Of a stretch of 53,758 nt of DNA, positions 1 to 7,926 are shown piece by piece. The stretch is from Candidatus Woesearchaeota archaeon. Lineage in GTDB: Archaea > Nanobdellota > Nanobdellia > Pacearchaeales > GW2011-AR1. The translations under genes and the position numbers were made by a program. The stretch's first letter is position 1. Each line of letters begins with the position of its first letter. The notes below the pieces were generated by a model. That model made no database searches, was not told the DNA's origin, and saw only the letters and a list, made by a program, of their open reading frames with translations. The stretch is taken from positions 1 through 53,758 of the forward strand of contig CAYZYW010000002.1 in assembly GCA_964482665.1 (NCBI GenBank), in the 5' to 3' direction.

Positions 1-1
1 A

Positions 2-385
2 GTTTATTCGAATGAGTTGAATCGTGAAGCAAATAAATATGCTAAGTTGAATATTCAATTAAATAAAGTTCAGGATAAAGTTGAGTTGGTTCCGGGTGAT
101 ATAAAAAAGGTTTCTGAGAAGTTAAAGAGTAAGTTTGATGTTATTGTTATGCCGCGTCCGAATTTGAAACCGACTTTTTTGAAGCAGGCGTTTGATTTTT
201 CAAAAAAAGGTACCGTGATTTATTATTATGGTTTTTGTAAGGTTGATGAAATTGATTTAATAAAAAATCAAATAAAAAAAGAGGCGATTGAAAATAAAAA
301 GAAAATAAGAATTCTTAGGTCAAAAATTGCTGGTGATATCGCTCCGTATAAAGCTAGGGTTAGAATAGATTTTAAAGTTGTTTAA
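2..385 (+). CDS. SAM-dependent methyltransferase, Trm5/Taw2-like, C-terminal part (5' end cut by window edge)
   Basis: Frame is open from nt 2 (the track start at 17 is an internal TTG). The SNELN motif, VIVMPRP and the DIAPYKARVRIDF tail resemble archaeal Trm5-type tRNA methyltransferases. Confidence 0.55.
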   Translation, partial: VYSNELNREANKYAKLNIQLNKVQDKVELVPGDIKKVSEKLKSKFDVIVMPRPNLKPTFLKQAFDFSKKGTVIYYYGFCKVDEIDLIKNQIKKEAIENKKKIRILRSKIAGDIAPYKARVRIDFKVV

Positions 386-557
386 TGCTTTTTTCTAAAG
401 TTGATAGATTGTCTGGTTGAGATTTAAGGATTTTGTGTGGTTTGCTTTCTGTATATAAAATTCCACAACTATCACATCTTATTTCCCCTTCTGCACTTGG
501 GCTTAAAGCTTGCAATTCCGTACATTTTGGGCAAGAAGTATATTCATCGGTTATCAT
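372..557 (-). CDS. small zinc-ribbon protein
   Basis: 61-aa ORF with two CxxC pairs (CPKC, CDSC). A TATA-like box lies about 26 nt upstream on the minus strand. Confidence 0.5.
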   Translation of the reverse strand: MITDEYTSCPKCTELQALSPSAEGEIRCDSCGILYTESKPHKILKSQPDNLSTLEKSIKQL

Positions 558-639
558 GAAGAATTAAGAAATTTTAAATTTAAAAGATTATTGGTTTATT
601 TAATTTAGTGTCTTTTTTTAAAAGTAACAAAATAAAAAG

Positions 640-649
640 TTTTATAAAG
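640..649 (+). promoter_or_regulatory. TATA box (ttttataaag) about 25 nt upstream of the ATG at 670
   Basis: Matches the recurring cTTTAWAWA box at a fixed distance from start codons in this window. Confidence 0.45.
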
Positions 650-669
650 TAAGTTTTTGTAGAAAAGTT

Positions 670-1548
670 ATGGCACCAATTTATGAAATTAAAATGAGCG
701 AAAAAGAGGCAGAAGGGTTTGAGAAATTAGGATATAGTTTAACTGAATTAATTGAAACTCCAATAAAACCGATTGAACAAGTAGCTGAATTAGATAGAAG
801 TGGTTGGATAAACATTCCATATGAACATTTAAGACAAAGGTCTCATGTTGGTGAAAAATCTTCGATGACTTTTAATCCTGCAAGATTAGCATATTCGCCA
901 GAAGTTCAAAAAGCAGGTGAAAAACTTGAAGTGAACTATCAAGATACATCAAAAGATTTATTGGGAAGAGGTTTTATTGGAAACAATAATTGGTTTAATT
1001 CGTTAAAATTTAATTTAGCATTAGGTAATAAAACTCCAAATTTAGCAGAATTTAACAATATAGGATTTGTTTTATTTCAAGGAATGCAGGGCAAACTAAA
1101 ACTTTATAATGTTTCGGGGAAAGAAATAGATAAACAAACTCTTAAAAATTATTTTAATGATATTTATGCTGTAAAATCCCCTTGGAGAGCAGAATGGATT
1201 GATACAGATTTTAAAGTTGAAGATAGAAAACTATATCTTAAGGATAATCATATATTGGATAAAAATGGAAATTTAATTTCTTCTCGAACAAAAGAGCTAC
1301 AAAAAAATACATTAATGAAAGATAAAGTTTCAGGAATTTCTTTAACTGATTTTTTGACAAATCCAACACAACAAGGATTACCAAGAAAAACTACAAAAAA
1401 AGGAGAATTGTATTATTGGAATCCTTTAAGCGACAACAATTCTGTCGCGTGGTTCAGTGCTGACTCGAGTAGGGCGGGCCTGGGTTGTGACAGGAGTCCT
1501 TCCGATAGGAACGCGAATCTTGGGGTACGTGCCGTTAGGCACGAGTAA
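670..1548 (+). CDS. FGE-sulfatase / C-type-lectin-fold (DUF323-like) protein
   Basis: 292-aa ORF. PWRAEWIDTDF (compare NVWEW..D) and the C-terminal R-x-P-x2-R-x3-LGVRAVR resemble the FGE/SUMF1 C-terminal signature. The function call is weak. Confidence 0.45.
   Translation: MAPIYEIKMSEKEAEGFEKLGYSLTELIETPIKPIEQVAELDRSGWINIPYEHLRQRSHVGEKSSMTFNPARLAYSPEVQKAGEKLEVNYQDTSKDLLGRGFIGNNNWFNSLKFNLALGNKTPNLAEFNNIGFVLFQGMQGKLKLYNVSGKEIDKQTLKNYFNDIYAVKSPWRAEWIDTDFKVEDRKLYLKDNHILDKNGNLISSRTKELQKNTLMKDKVSGISLTDFLTNPTQQGLPRKTTKKGELYYWNPLSDNNSVAWFSADSSRAGLGCDRSPSDRNANLGVRAVRHE
1430..1548 (+). other. GC-rich, A-poor 3'-terminal module of the 670..1548 CDS, bounded by two perfect 6-bp hairpins (DGR-VR-like)
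   Basis: Hand count gives roughly 58% G+C and 18% A over 1441-1548, against roughly 30% G+C elsewhere. Hairpins are gcgaca-7nt-tgtcgc (1430-1448) and cgtgcc-gtta-ggcacg (1527-1542). Confidence 0.4.
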
Positions 1549-1714
1549 TATTGTTCGCTGAAAGATAAAAAGCAAATTTGTTTTGTTCTTATAGTTGTTG
1601 GCGTTTCTCCTTATTCGGACTTTGTGAAAGATTCTTTAAACTTGTTTTTGAATTTACTTGTTTATTAGAATTTTCAAAAGTTTCTCACCATGCCATATTG
1701 TACTCTGTCGAAGC

Positions 1715-3025
1715 TTACAGCTCTTTTTTTGTTCTTATAGCTGTTGGCGCTTCGCCTCCGTGCCAAGTAAATCTTGGTCGCATTCTCATCGGATAGATTC
1801 TTTCAGAGTTGTCGTCTAAAATTATTGCAGAACCTTTTAGATGAGGTAAGTCGTCCATGTGTTGCTTGATGCTTGAATATAGATAACTTTGCATGATTCG
1901 ATTTAAAGCTTCTAGGTCTTGTGCGGATGTTACTCGATGTGAAATTACAACATCCGATTGTGTCATAACATCTGTGTGGATTTTTCCGGGTTGTTGAGTT
2001 GCTAATATAACTGAAACTCCAGGTTGTCGTCCTTCTCGTAATAATTGGATTAAAGCATCTGTTGCGATTGTTTTTTCTTCGCGTGGTAAAAATTCATGAC
2101 ATTCATCAATAAAAAGCCAAACTAATGGGTTTTCTTTTTTTTCAAAACTTGATGAGAAATTTAGATTTTGAGTTAGAGCTTTGACTTCTTCTTTTTTTCG
2201 TGATTCCATTCGTTCGTTAAATATTTTTTTAGAAACTAAGCTTATAACTAAAGCCCTTACATTAAATGCTCCTACTGAACTATAAACACTTAAGTCTAAA
2301 ATAGACGTTGTTCCCCCTGTGATTAAATCTTTTACTTTTGTAGCATGTTCAGATTCTTCTGCGAAAATTCCCCACGTGCTTGCGACTTCAAATAAATTTT
2401 GTGCTGCGTTTTTTACATCGCGTGAACTTTTTTTATCTCTTTCAATTCCTTCAATAATATCTTTTATATTATAATATTCGAAATTTTTTAGTTTTGCAAT
2501 TGTTTGCTGGATTAAAACTGAAATTGGATCAATTATTTTTAAATTGAAAGTTGTAATCCAATCTTCTGCTCCTAGTTCACTTATATTTAAAGCAAATCTT
2601 TTATCTGCTGGAATTCCTTTTGCTAAATAATTGTCATAATGCCCAGTTGGGACGAATATTTTTACAGGTAAATTTTTTGGAGACAAATCCCATTCTTGTA
2701 ATAATTCTGAATCTTTTTCGTTTGCAAATTTCATTGTCCAATAAATTCCCATTGTGTCAAAAATTAAAGATGCGATATTTTCTCGGATTTCTTTTTCTAG
2801 GTTTGATAATTCTTCTGCTAAAACTCCTAATGTGTATGATTTTCCTGATCCCCTTTTTCCGCTAACTAAAATTACATGACTTTTTGCGACATCTAATAAT
2901 ATTTTATTACTTAGGGAACTGTATTGCCCCATTTTAACAAAAGTTTTTCCAATGTTTATTAGTCCTCTGTTTCCTAATTTTTTTTGGGTGTCTTTATCTC
3001 TTCCTATAATTACATCATATGACAT
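1715..3025 (-). CDS. P-loop ATPase of the HerA/DUF87 (FtsK-HerA) family
   Basis: Walker A GKRGSGKS, Walker B LFIDECHEF, and ILATQQP...ISHR typical of COG0433-type ATPases. TATA box about 30 nt upstream. Confidence 0.7.
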   Translation of the reverse strand: MSYDVIIGRDKDTQKKLGNRGLINIGKTFVKMGQYSSLSNKILLDVAKSHVILVSGKRGSGKSYTLGVLAEELSNLEKEIRENIASLIFDTMGIYWTMKFANEKDSELLQEWDLSPKNLPVKIFVPTGHYDNYLAKGIPADKRFALNISELGAEDWITTFNLKIIDPISVLIQQTIAKLKNFEYYNIKDIIEGIERDKKSSRDVKNAAQNLFEVASTWGIFAEESEHATKVKDLITGGTTSILDLSVYSSVGAFNVRALVISLVSKKIFNERMESRKKEEVKALTQNLNFSSSFEKKENPLVWLFIDECHEFLPREEKTIATDALIQLLREGRQPGVSVILATQQPGKIHTDVMTQSDVVISHRVTSAQDLEALNRIMQSYLYSSIKQHMDDLPHLKGSAIILDDNSERIYPMRMRPRFTWHGGEAPTAIRTKKEL

Positions 3026-3107
3026 ATACTAAATATGTAAATAGGTTTTTTATAGTTTTAGAAAATATGAATGGCTGGGAAGTTCCCAGCCAAAATAAAA
3101 AAATAAT

Positions 3108-3245
3108 TTATAGTACCGTCCTTTCGCCGATCTCTTTTGACATTACGTCAATATAGAAATTTAGAGATCTCAGTTCGCCTTTTAGCGCCGATTTTCTCTC
3201 TATCACCTGGTACAATTCTTCTTGTAATTGATTTACTAATTGCAT
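3108..3245 (-). CDS. 45-aa coiled-coil micro-protein, or an sRNA (below the ORF-track cutoff)
   Basis: ATG..TAA ORF (MQLVNQLQEELYQVIERKSALKGELRSL...). TATA (cttatatatag, 3265-3275) is centred about 25 nt upstream and a T-run follows the stop. The segment is GC-richer than its flanks. Confidence 0.35.
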   Translation of the reverse strand: MQLVNQLQEELYQVIERKSALKGELRSLNFYIDVMSKEIGERTVL

Positions 3246-3368
3246 AATATATAGAAATACAAATCTTATATATAGTTTCATTTTCACTTCAAAATTTAAA
3301 TGAATAGTACCACAAAATAGGACGACATTTTTAATTAAGTTTATAAGGGAATATGATGTTTATTTAAT

Positions 3369-3560
3369 ATGGAACTTGAAGAAAATGTTAAAAATAGGGA
3401 AAATTCCTCTGTGTTTAAAGATAACATTGATAGATCTGAATTAAAAGTAATAGGATCTGAACATAATGGATATTGGTTAGCCAGGAAAGTTTCTGAACAT
3501 GGTTCGGCATATATTCCTTTTGAGATAGATTGGTATAAGTATATTATTGGTGAGAGATAA
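3369..3560 (+). CDS. hypothetical protein (63 aa)
   Basis: ORF with TATA (gtttataagg) centred about 26 nt upstream. Confidence 0.45.
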   Translation: MELEENVKNRENSSVFKDNIDRSELKVIGSEHNGYWLARKVSEHGSAYIPFEIDWYKYIIGER

Positions 3561-3601
3561 GTTTAAGTAAAATTTAAAAAAAATTAAAATTTTAATAATA
3601 A

Positions 3602-4381
3602 ATGAAAAAACGAAATTTGAAATTTCTTTTAACTTTTTTATGTGTTTTATTTTTCGCTTTGAATTATAGTTTTCTTGATAAAGCATTGGTAAATTTTTTG
3701 GATGATTCAGAGGTTATTAAAATAGATTCAGTTATTGATGGCGATACGGTTGTTTCAAATGGAACTTCAATAAGGCTTCTTGGAGTTAATTCGCCTGAAA
3801 AAGGTAAGCCTTATTATGAAGAGGCTAAATTGTTTTTGGAAAATAGGATTTTGGGTAAAAAAGTTAAGTTGGAGTTTGGGTCAGATAAATATGATAAATA
3901 TGATAGGATTTTGGCGTATATTTATTTAGATAATGTGAATGTTAATTTTGAGATTGTTGAGAATGGTTTTGCGAATTGTTATTTTTATGAAAAGGGTTTG
4001 AATTATTATAAATGTCAGGAGGTATGGAAAATGTGTGTTGATTTGGATTTAAATTTTTGTAAAAAGTCAAAACATAAATGTTCAGATTGTATTAAGATTA
4101 TAGAATTTGATGACAAGACAGAGATTTCTAAATTTTTGAATAAATGTAATTTTGAATGTGATTTGACAGGTTGGACAATTAAAGACGAGGGTAGGAAAAT
4201 TTTCAAATTCCCAGATTTTAAAATAGATTCAGGTTTGGAGTTTTCTGTTATTGTTGGAAGTGGTGTTTCAGATAATAAGAAATTATATTGGGAAAGAAAA
4301 GATTATGTTTGGACATCGACGGGAGATACTTTATTTTTGAGAGACAATTTGGGCGGGTTGGTTTTGTGGGAAAGTTATTGA
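3602..4381 (+). CDS. membrane-anchored or secreted thermonuclease (SNase) with C-terminal lamin-tail-like domain
   Basis: N-terminal hydrophobic segment. The DGDT...RLLGVNSPE...YDRILAYIY motif is typical of staphylococcal nuclease homologues. The C-terminal CDLTGWTIKDEGRKIFKFP resembles an LTD. Confidence 0.8.
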   Translation: MKKRNLKFLLTFLCVLFFALNYSFLDKALVNFLDDSEVIKIDSVIDGDTVVSNGTSIRLLGVNSPEKGKPYYEEAKLFLENRILGKKVKLEFGSDKYDKYDRILAYIYLDNVNVNFEIVENGFANCYFYEKGLNYYKCQEVWKMCVDLDLNFCKKSKHKCSDCIKIIEFDDKTEISKFLNKCNFECDLTGWTIKDEGRKIFKFPDFKIDSGLEFSVIVGSGVSDNKKLYWERKDYVWTSTGDTLFLRDNLGGLVLWESY

Positions 4382-4505
4382 TTGTATCATTTTATCACAA
4401 TAATCTATATAAATAAATGAGCCTCCGTTTTAATATGGTGATAAAAAAAGGTGCACTTTTTCTGTTTCGCAGATGTTATATAGAGTTGAAAGGAGGTTTA
4501 AAATT

Positions 4506-5915
4506 ATGAAAAAATTAATATTAATTTTTATGTTAGGAGTTATGTTGATGAGTGGCTTGATGGCTGTTAGTTTTACAAGTCCGGCGAATAATGCGTTTGT
4601 TGCAGGAGAGGTTGCAGTTGAATGGGATAATCCTACGGATGTTCCGGCAATGTGGCTTCAATATGCAGAAGGGAATTGTTCAGCTTCAGGATCGTGGTCT
4701 AATGAGCATGAAATTACATCGACAACAGAATTAAGTTATGTTTGGGATACGGATAATTTAGAAGGTCAGTATTGTATAAGATTACAACAAGGTTTAGTCA
4801 CATATGATTCTCGAGATCTTTTTCTAGATAATACAGCTCCGGAAGCAGATTTCGACGTATTGACTTTAAATCCTATTGTTTATGAGCCGGTTTTGTTTGA
4901 TGGTGCTAAATCGTCAGATGTTGGAAGTGGAATAGAATTTTATTCATGGGATTTTGATGAAGATGGCGTTGAGGATAGTAATTTGGTTGCCCCAAGCTAT
5001 ACATACGATGAGGCAGATAGATATGAAGTAACTTTGACAGTTACAGATTATGCTGGAAATTATGATACACATCATGAAGAAATTGTTGTTGCAGATTTAC
5101 CCATAGAAGATGAGGTTGTTTATGAGGCTGGGATAAAGTCGCTTTTAGATTTAGATGAAACTTTTGATTCAGGTATGAGTAGTCCTGTAACATGTACATA
5201 TTTAGGAACAGTTCCAACAGGTTTGTTTGTTTCAAATAATGGAGACAATTGTACATTGACGTGGTCAAATATAGATTATGATTATAGAGGAGAGCATTCT
5301 TTTGTGATTCGAGCTACAGATGGGAGCGATGTTAAATATTTTCCAATAGACTTAATTGTTTATACATGGATGATAGATTTAACAGAAGGTTGGAACTTGG
5401 TTTCAATTCCTATGATGCCAGAAGATTCAGGTTATCAAGAAGTTTTATCTGGAGTTAGAGAAAATTTAGCTGAAGTTTGGACATATGCTTATAGTGAAGA
5501 TGATGGTCAAAACATTTGGCACAAAAGAGCAACTACAAGTTCAAGTTGGTCAACAGCTTCTTCAAATAATAAAGGTGATTTAGATAATGTTGTACCAGGT
5601 CAAGGTTATATGTTGAAAATGGATGCTGTTGATACATTAAAGGGATTCGGTAATATGATGCCTGAGGCAGGTGGAGCATTACTTGGAGTAGAAGTTTCAA
5701 ATGGATGGAATTTAATTGGACATTATGGTTTAGATGATTTATCTTATGGTCAAGCACTTTCAAGTTTAGTTGGAAATATACAATATTGGGATTTAGTTGT
5801 TTCAACTACAGGTGATATGAAAAAATATATCGGATATTGGATGACTGCCAAATTTCTTCCAGAAGGAAAAACTTTATACACACCCTCACAACAAGCTTTA
5901 GAGTCAGTTCTATAA
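4506..5915 (+). CDS. secreted PKD-domain surface protein
   Basis: GGAGG sits 8 nt before the ATG at 4506. Signal peptide MKKLILIFMLGV. PKD signature FDGAKSSD...YSWDFDEDG...YTYDEADRYEVTLTVTD. Confidence 0.75.
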   Translation: MKKLILIFMLGVMLMSGLMAVSFTSPANNAFVAGEVAVEWDNPTDVPAMWLQYAEGNCSASGSWSNEHEITSTTELSYVWDTDNLEGQYCIRLQQGLVTYDSRDLFLDNTAPEADFDVLTLNPIVYEPVLFDGAKSSDVGSGIEFYSWDFDEDGVEDSNLVAPSYTYDEADRYEVTLTVTDYAGNYDTHHEEIVVADLPIEDEVVYEAGIKSLLDLDETFDSGMSSPVTCTYLGTVPTGLFVSNNGDNCTLTWSNIDYDYRGEHSFVIRATDGSDVKYFPIDLIVYTWMIDLTEGWNLVSIPMMPEDSGYQEVLSGVRENLAEVWTYAYSEDDGQNIWHKRATTSSSWSTASSNNKGDLDNVVPGQGYMLKMDAVDTLKGFGNMMPEAGGALLGVEVSNGWNLIGHYGLDDLSYGQALSSLVGNIQYWDLVVSTTGDMKKYIGYWMTAKFLPEGKTLYTPSQQALESVL

Positions 5916-5920
5916 ATTTA

Positions 5921-5948
5921 CTTATTTTTTTTATTTTTTATTTTTTTT
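5921..5948 (+). terminator. oligo-T tract after the PKD gene
   Basis: cttattttttttattttttattttttttaa lies immediately after the stop. Archaeal termination uses T-runs. Confidence 0.4.
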
Positions 5949-6468
5949 AAACATGTCCTGGACATAAAAATTTGTAATTTATTTCTGTTAATTTTTCAAG
6001 TGATTTTCTCATTTCTCTTGGTGAACTTCCAGGTAAATCGACTCGTCCATATATTCCGTGCTCAAATAAAGTATCTCCTGAAAAAAGGATTTTTGGTTTT
6101 GTAAAATATATACAAATTCCGCCTTTTGAATGTCCAGGTGTTTCAATTAATTCCATGTCAGATAATTTTAATTCTTGTATGTCTGTTATTTTTTTATTCT
6201 TGAAGTCATTTTTACTTCCATAGATTTTTGCGTTTTTGAAAATGATCCAGTTTCCGGTGTGGTCGAAATGATTGTGTGTTAAGATTACGATATCAATGTC
6301 TTCAGGTAAAATTTTCAATTCACTTAAATCATTTAAAAGTTCACTTCTATTCCATCTTGAACCTGTATCTATTAGAATTAATTTCTTGTCATGTTTGAAA
6401 ATATATACACATGAGCCAAATTTAGAGAAAACAATTCGTTGTAAATTTTTTGTTATTTGAGTTAGCAT
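5947..6468 (-). CDS. MBL-fold metallo-hydrolase
   Basis: THNHFDHTGN (HxHxDH) plus downstream GH and D motifs. Confidence 0.8.
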   Translation of the reverse strand: MLTQITKNLQRIVFSKFGSCVYIFKHDKKLILIDTGSRWNRSELLNDLSELKILPEDIDIVILTHNHFDHTGNWIIFKNAKIYGSKNDFKNKKITDIQELKLSDMELIETPGHSKGGICIYFTKPKILFSGDTLFEHGIYGRVDLPGSSPREMRKSLEKLTEINYKFLCPGHV

Positions 6469-6518
6469 AGAAAAATGTGTTTAAGAAAATATATAAAGAT
6501 TCTGATTGTTAGAATAAA

Positions 6519-6917
6519 ATGAAATATGAAGTTGCTTCTGATTTGCAGAAAATTGCTGATGAGATTTCGGAAATGTTGTTTCCTCATGTTATAATTGAGA
6601 GAGTTAAATGTTTTAGGAGTTATGGTTCGTCGGCGAGGATGACGGTTGCTCGATGTCATGCTTTGGGAAAATTGATGCAGAAAGCAATTGGCGTTAAGGC
6701 GTATTATGCAATGGAATTTTTGTCGGAGAAGTTTGATAAGTTTTCAAAGGAAGATCAGATAAAAACAATTATACATGAACTAATGCATATTCCTGGGACA
6801 TTTGGTGGTGGATTTAGACATCATGATTATGTGTGTGAGAAAAATGTTAATATGTTTTATAAAACATATTTAGCAAAAAAGAAAGAAAAGGAAAAGGTCG
6901 AAAATTGGTTTGGATAA
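6519..6917 (+). CDS. predicted zinc metallopeptidase (HExxH)
   Basis: IIHELMHIPGTFGGGFRHH motif, small cytosolic protein. Confidence 0.55.
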   Translation: MKYEVASDLQKIADEISEMLFPHVIIERVKCFRSYGSSARMTVARCHALGKLMQKAIGVKAYYAMEFLSEKFDKFSKEDQIKTIIHELMHIPGTFGGGFRHHDYVCEKNVNMFYKTYLAKKKEKEKVENWFG

Positions 6918-6922
6918 GTTTA

Positions 6923-7276
6923 TTATTTTTTTAATCTAGGGCTTGGATTAAGTCTTAAAATTCTAGGATTTGTATAAAGTGTCAGATTTTGACATTCTTT
7001 ATTGTATTTTTTTCCAAGTTCTTGGAGATCTTTTTTATTATTTTTGTGATGATTTTCTACTACTTTAAAAATATATCCAGGTCCAGAATTAGGAAAGGTA
7101 TCCGAATGATTTTTTACAGTAGATTCTAAATCATACATTTCCCAATGGAGAGTTCTACAATCATGCATTTTACATTTTTTTTCATAAGCCATTCTTTTAT
7201 TTTCTTCAGATGGTTCGCATCCGGTCAAATATGTTAAAACTAAAGGTACAAGTAAAAGGTAGCTAATTGATTTCAT
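6923..7276 (-). CDS. small lipobox lipoprotein
   Basis: Signal peptide ending in LTGC. Confidence 0.55.
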   Translation of the reverse strand: MKSISYLLLVPLVLTYLTGCEPSEENKRMAYEKKCKMHDCRTLHWEMYDLESTVKNHSDTFPNSGPGYIFKVVENHHKNNKKDLQELGKKYNKECQNLTLYTNPRILRLNPSPRLKK

Positions 7277-7337
7277 ATTAATTTCAATATTTTTGATTAT
7301 AAAAAGTTTTAGATAATTAAGGATAAGTTGAAATTGT

Positions 7338-7580
7338 TTAATTAAATTGCTTGCAGTACGCCATATGCATTTTGCTTATACTTTTGATTTTTCTTTTTGT
7401 TTGATCATAATTTTTAGGTTCATGATCAGGGGAGCAGACTAGTGAGGAAGAATACATCGATTCTTCTAGTTGTTGAATTTCTGATTCAAAAGTTTTACAT
7501 TTTTCATTTAGAGGCTGACATCCTAATAAAAAAGGTGCAATTGTAATAGATAGCCCAATTTTACATATTAAATTTTTCAT
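7338..7580 (-). CDS. small lipobox lipoprotein (paralog)
   Basis: Start moved to the internal ATG (MKNLICKIGLSITIAPFLLGC). Confidence 0.5.
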   Translation of the reverse strand: MKNLICKIGLSITIAPFLLGCQPLNEKCKTFESEIQQLEESMYSSSLVCSPDHEPKNYDQTKRKIKSISKMHMAYCKQFN

Positions 7581-7620
7581 AAAAAGCAATATAATGATAA
7601 CTATAAAAATATTTAGGTAA

Positions 7621-7857
7621 TTAATATTCACAATATTTTAATTGTTTTAATTTGAGTTTTTTTAATGATCTTAGGTTTAAATTATTTATTTGACATTTGA
7701 TTTCTTTTCTTGGATCTTTTTCAATCAATAAAGAGTTTTCAATTTTATGAATCATGTGTTTTGTTTTAGTGCAGGTATCATAATTGGAGGAATTACATCC
7801 TAATAATGCGGGTAATACTAAAGCAGATATTCCGATGCCATATAATACTTGTTTCAT
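7621..7857 (-). CDS. small lipobox lipoprotein (paralog)
   Basis: Start moved to the internal ATG (MKQVLYGIGISALVLPALLGC). Confidence 0.5.
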   Translation of the reverse strand: MKQVLYGIGISALVLPALLGCNSSNYDTCTKTKHMIHKIENSLLIEKDPRKEIKCQINNLNLRSLKKLKLKQLKYCEY

Positions 7858-7887
7858 TTGAATTTTAGATATTTCGAGTATAAAAAG

Positions 7888-7897
7888 CTTTATATAA
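7888..7897 (+). promoter_or_regulatory. TATA box (ctttatataa) upstream of rbcL
   Basis: About 34 nt before the ATG, with a GGTGA Shine-Dalgarno-like motif in between. Confidence 0.4.
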
Positions 7898-7926
7898 TTA
7901 AGAATCAAATTTTATTTGGGTGATAA

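Noticed and set aside
976-1080. Internal segment of the 670..1548 gene (GNNNWFNSLKFNLALGNKTPNLAEFNNIGF) considered as a possible DGR template repeat for the 3' module
   Set aside because: At the nucleotide level the differences are not confined to adenines in the putative template (for example tcg versus gct, ttt versus agt). It cannot be a TR/VR pair and is at most weak internal domain similarity.
1578-1796. 72-aa plus-strand ORF in the track
   Set aside because: It overlaps the 3' end of the HerA-like gene on the other strand, has a TTG-type start and low-complexity hydrophobic content, and has no promoter.
6462-6659. ORFs 6462..6659 (-), 6272..6460 (+) and 7912..8112 (-)
   Set aside because: They overlap the metallopeptidase, MBL hydrolase and rbcL genes or their promoters, and their amino-acid composition is implausible.
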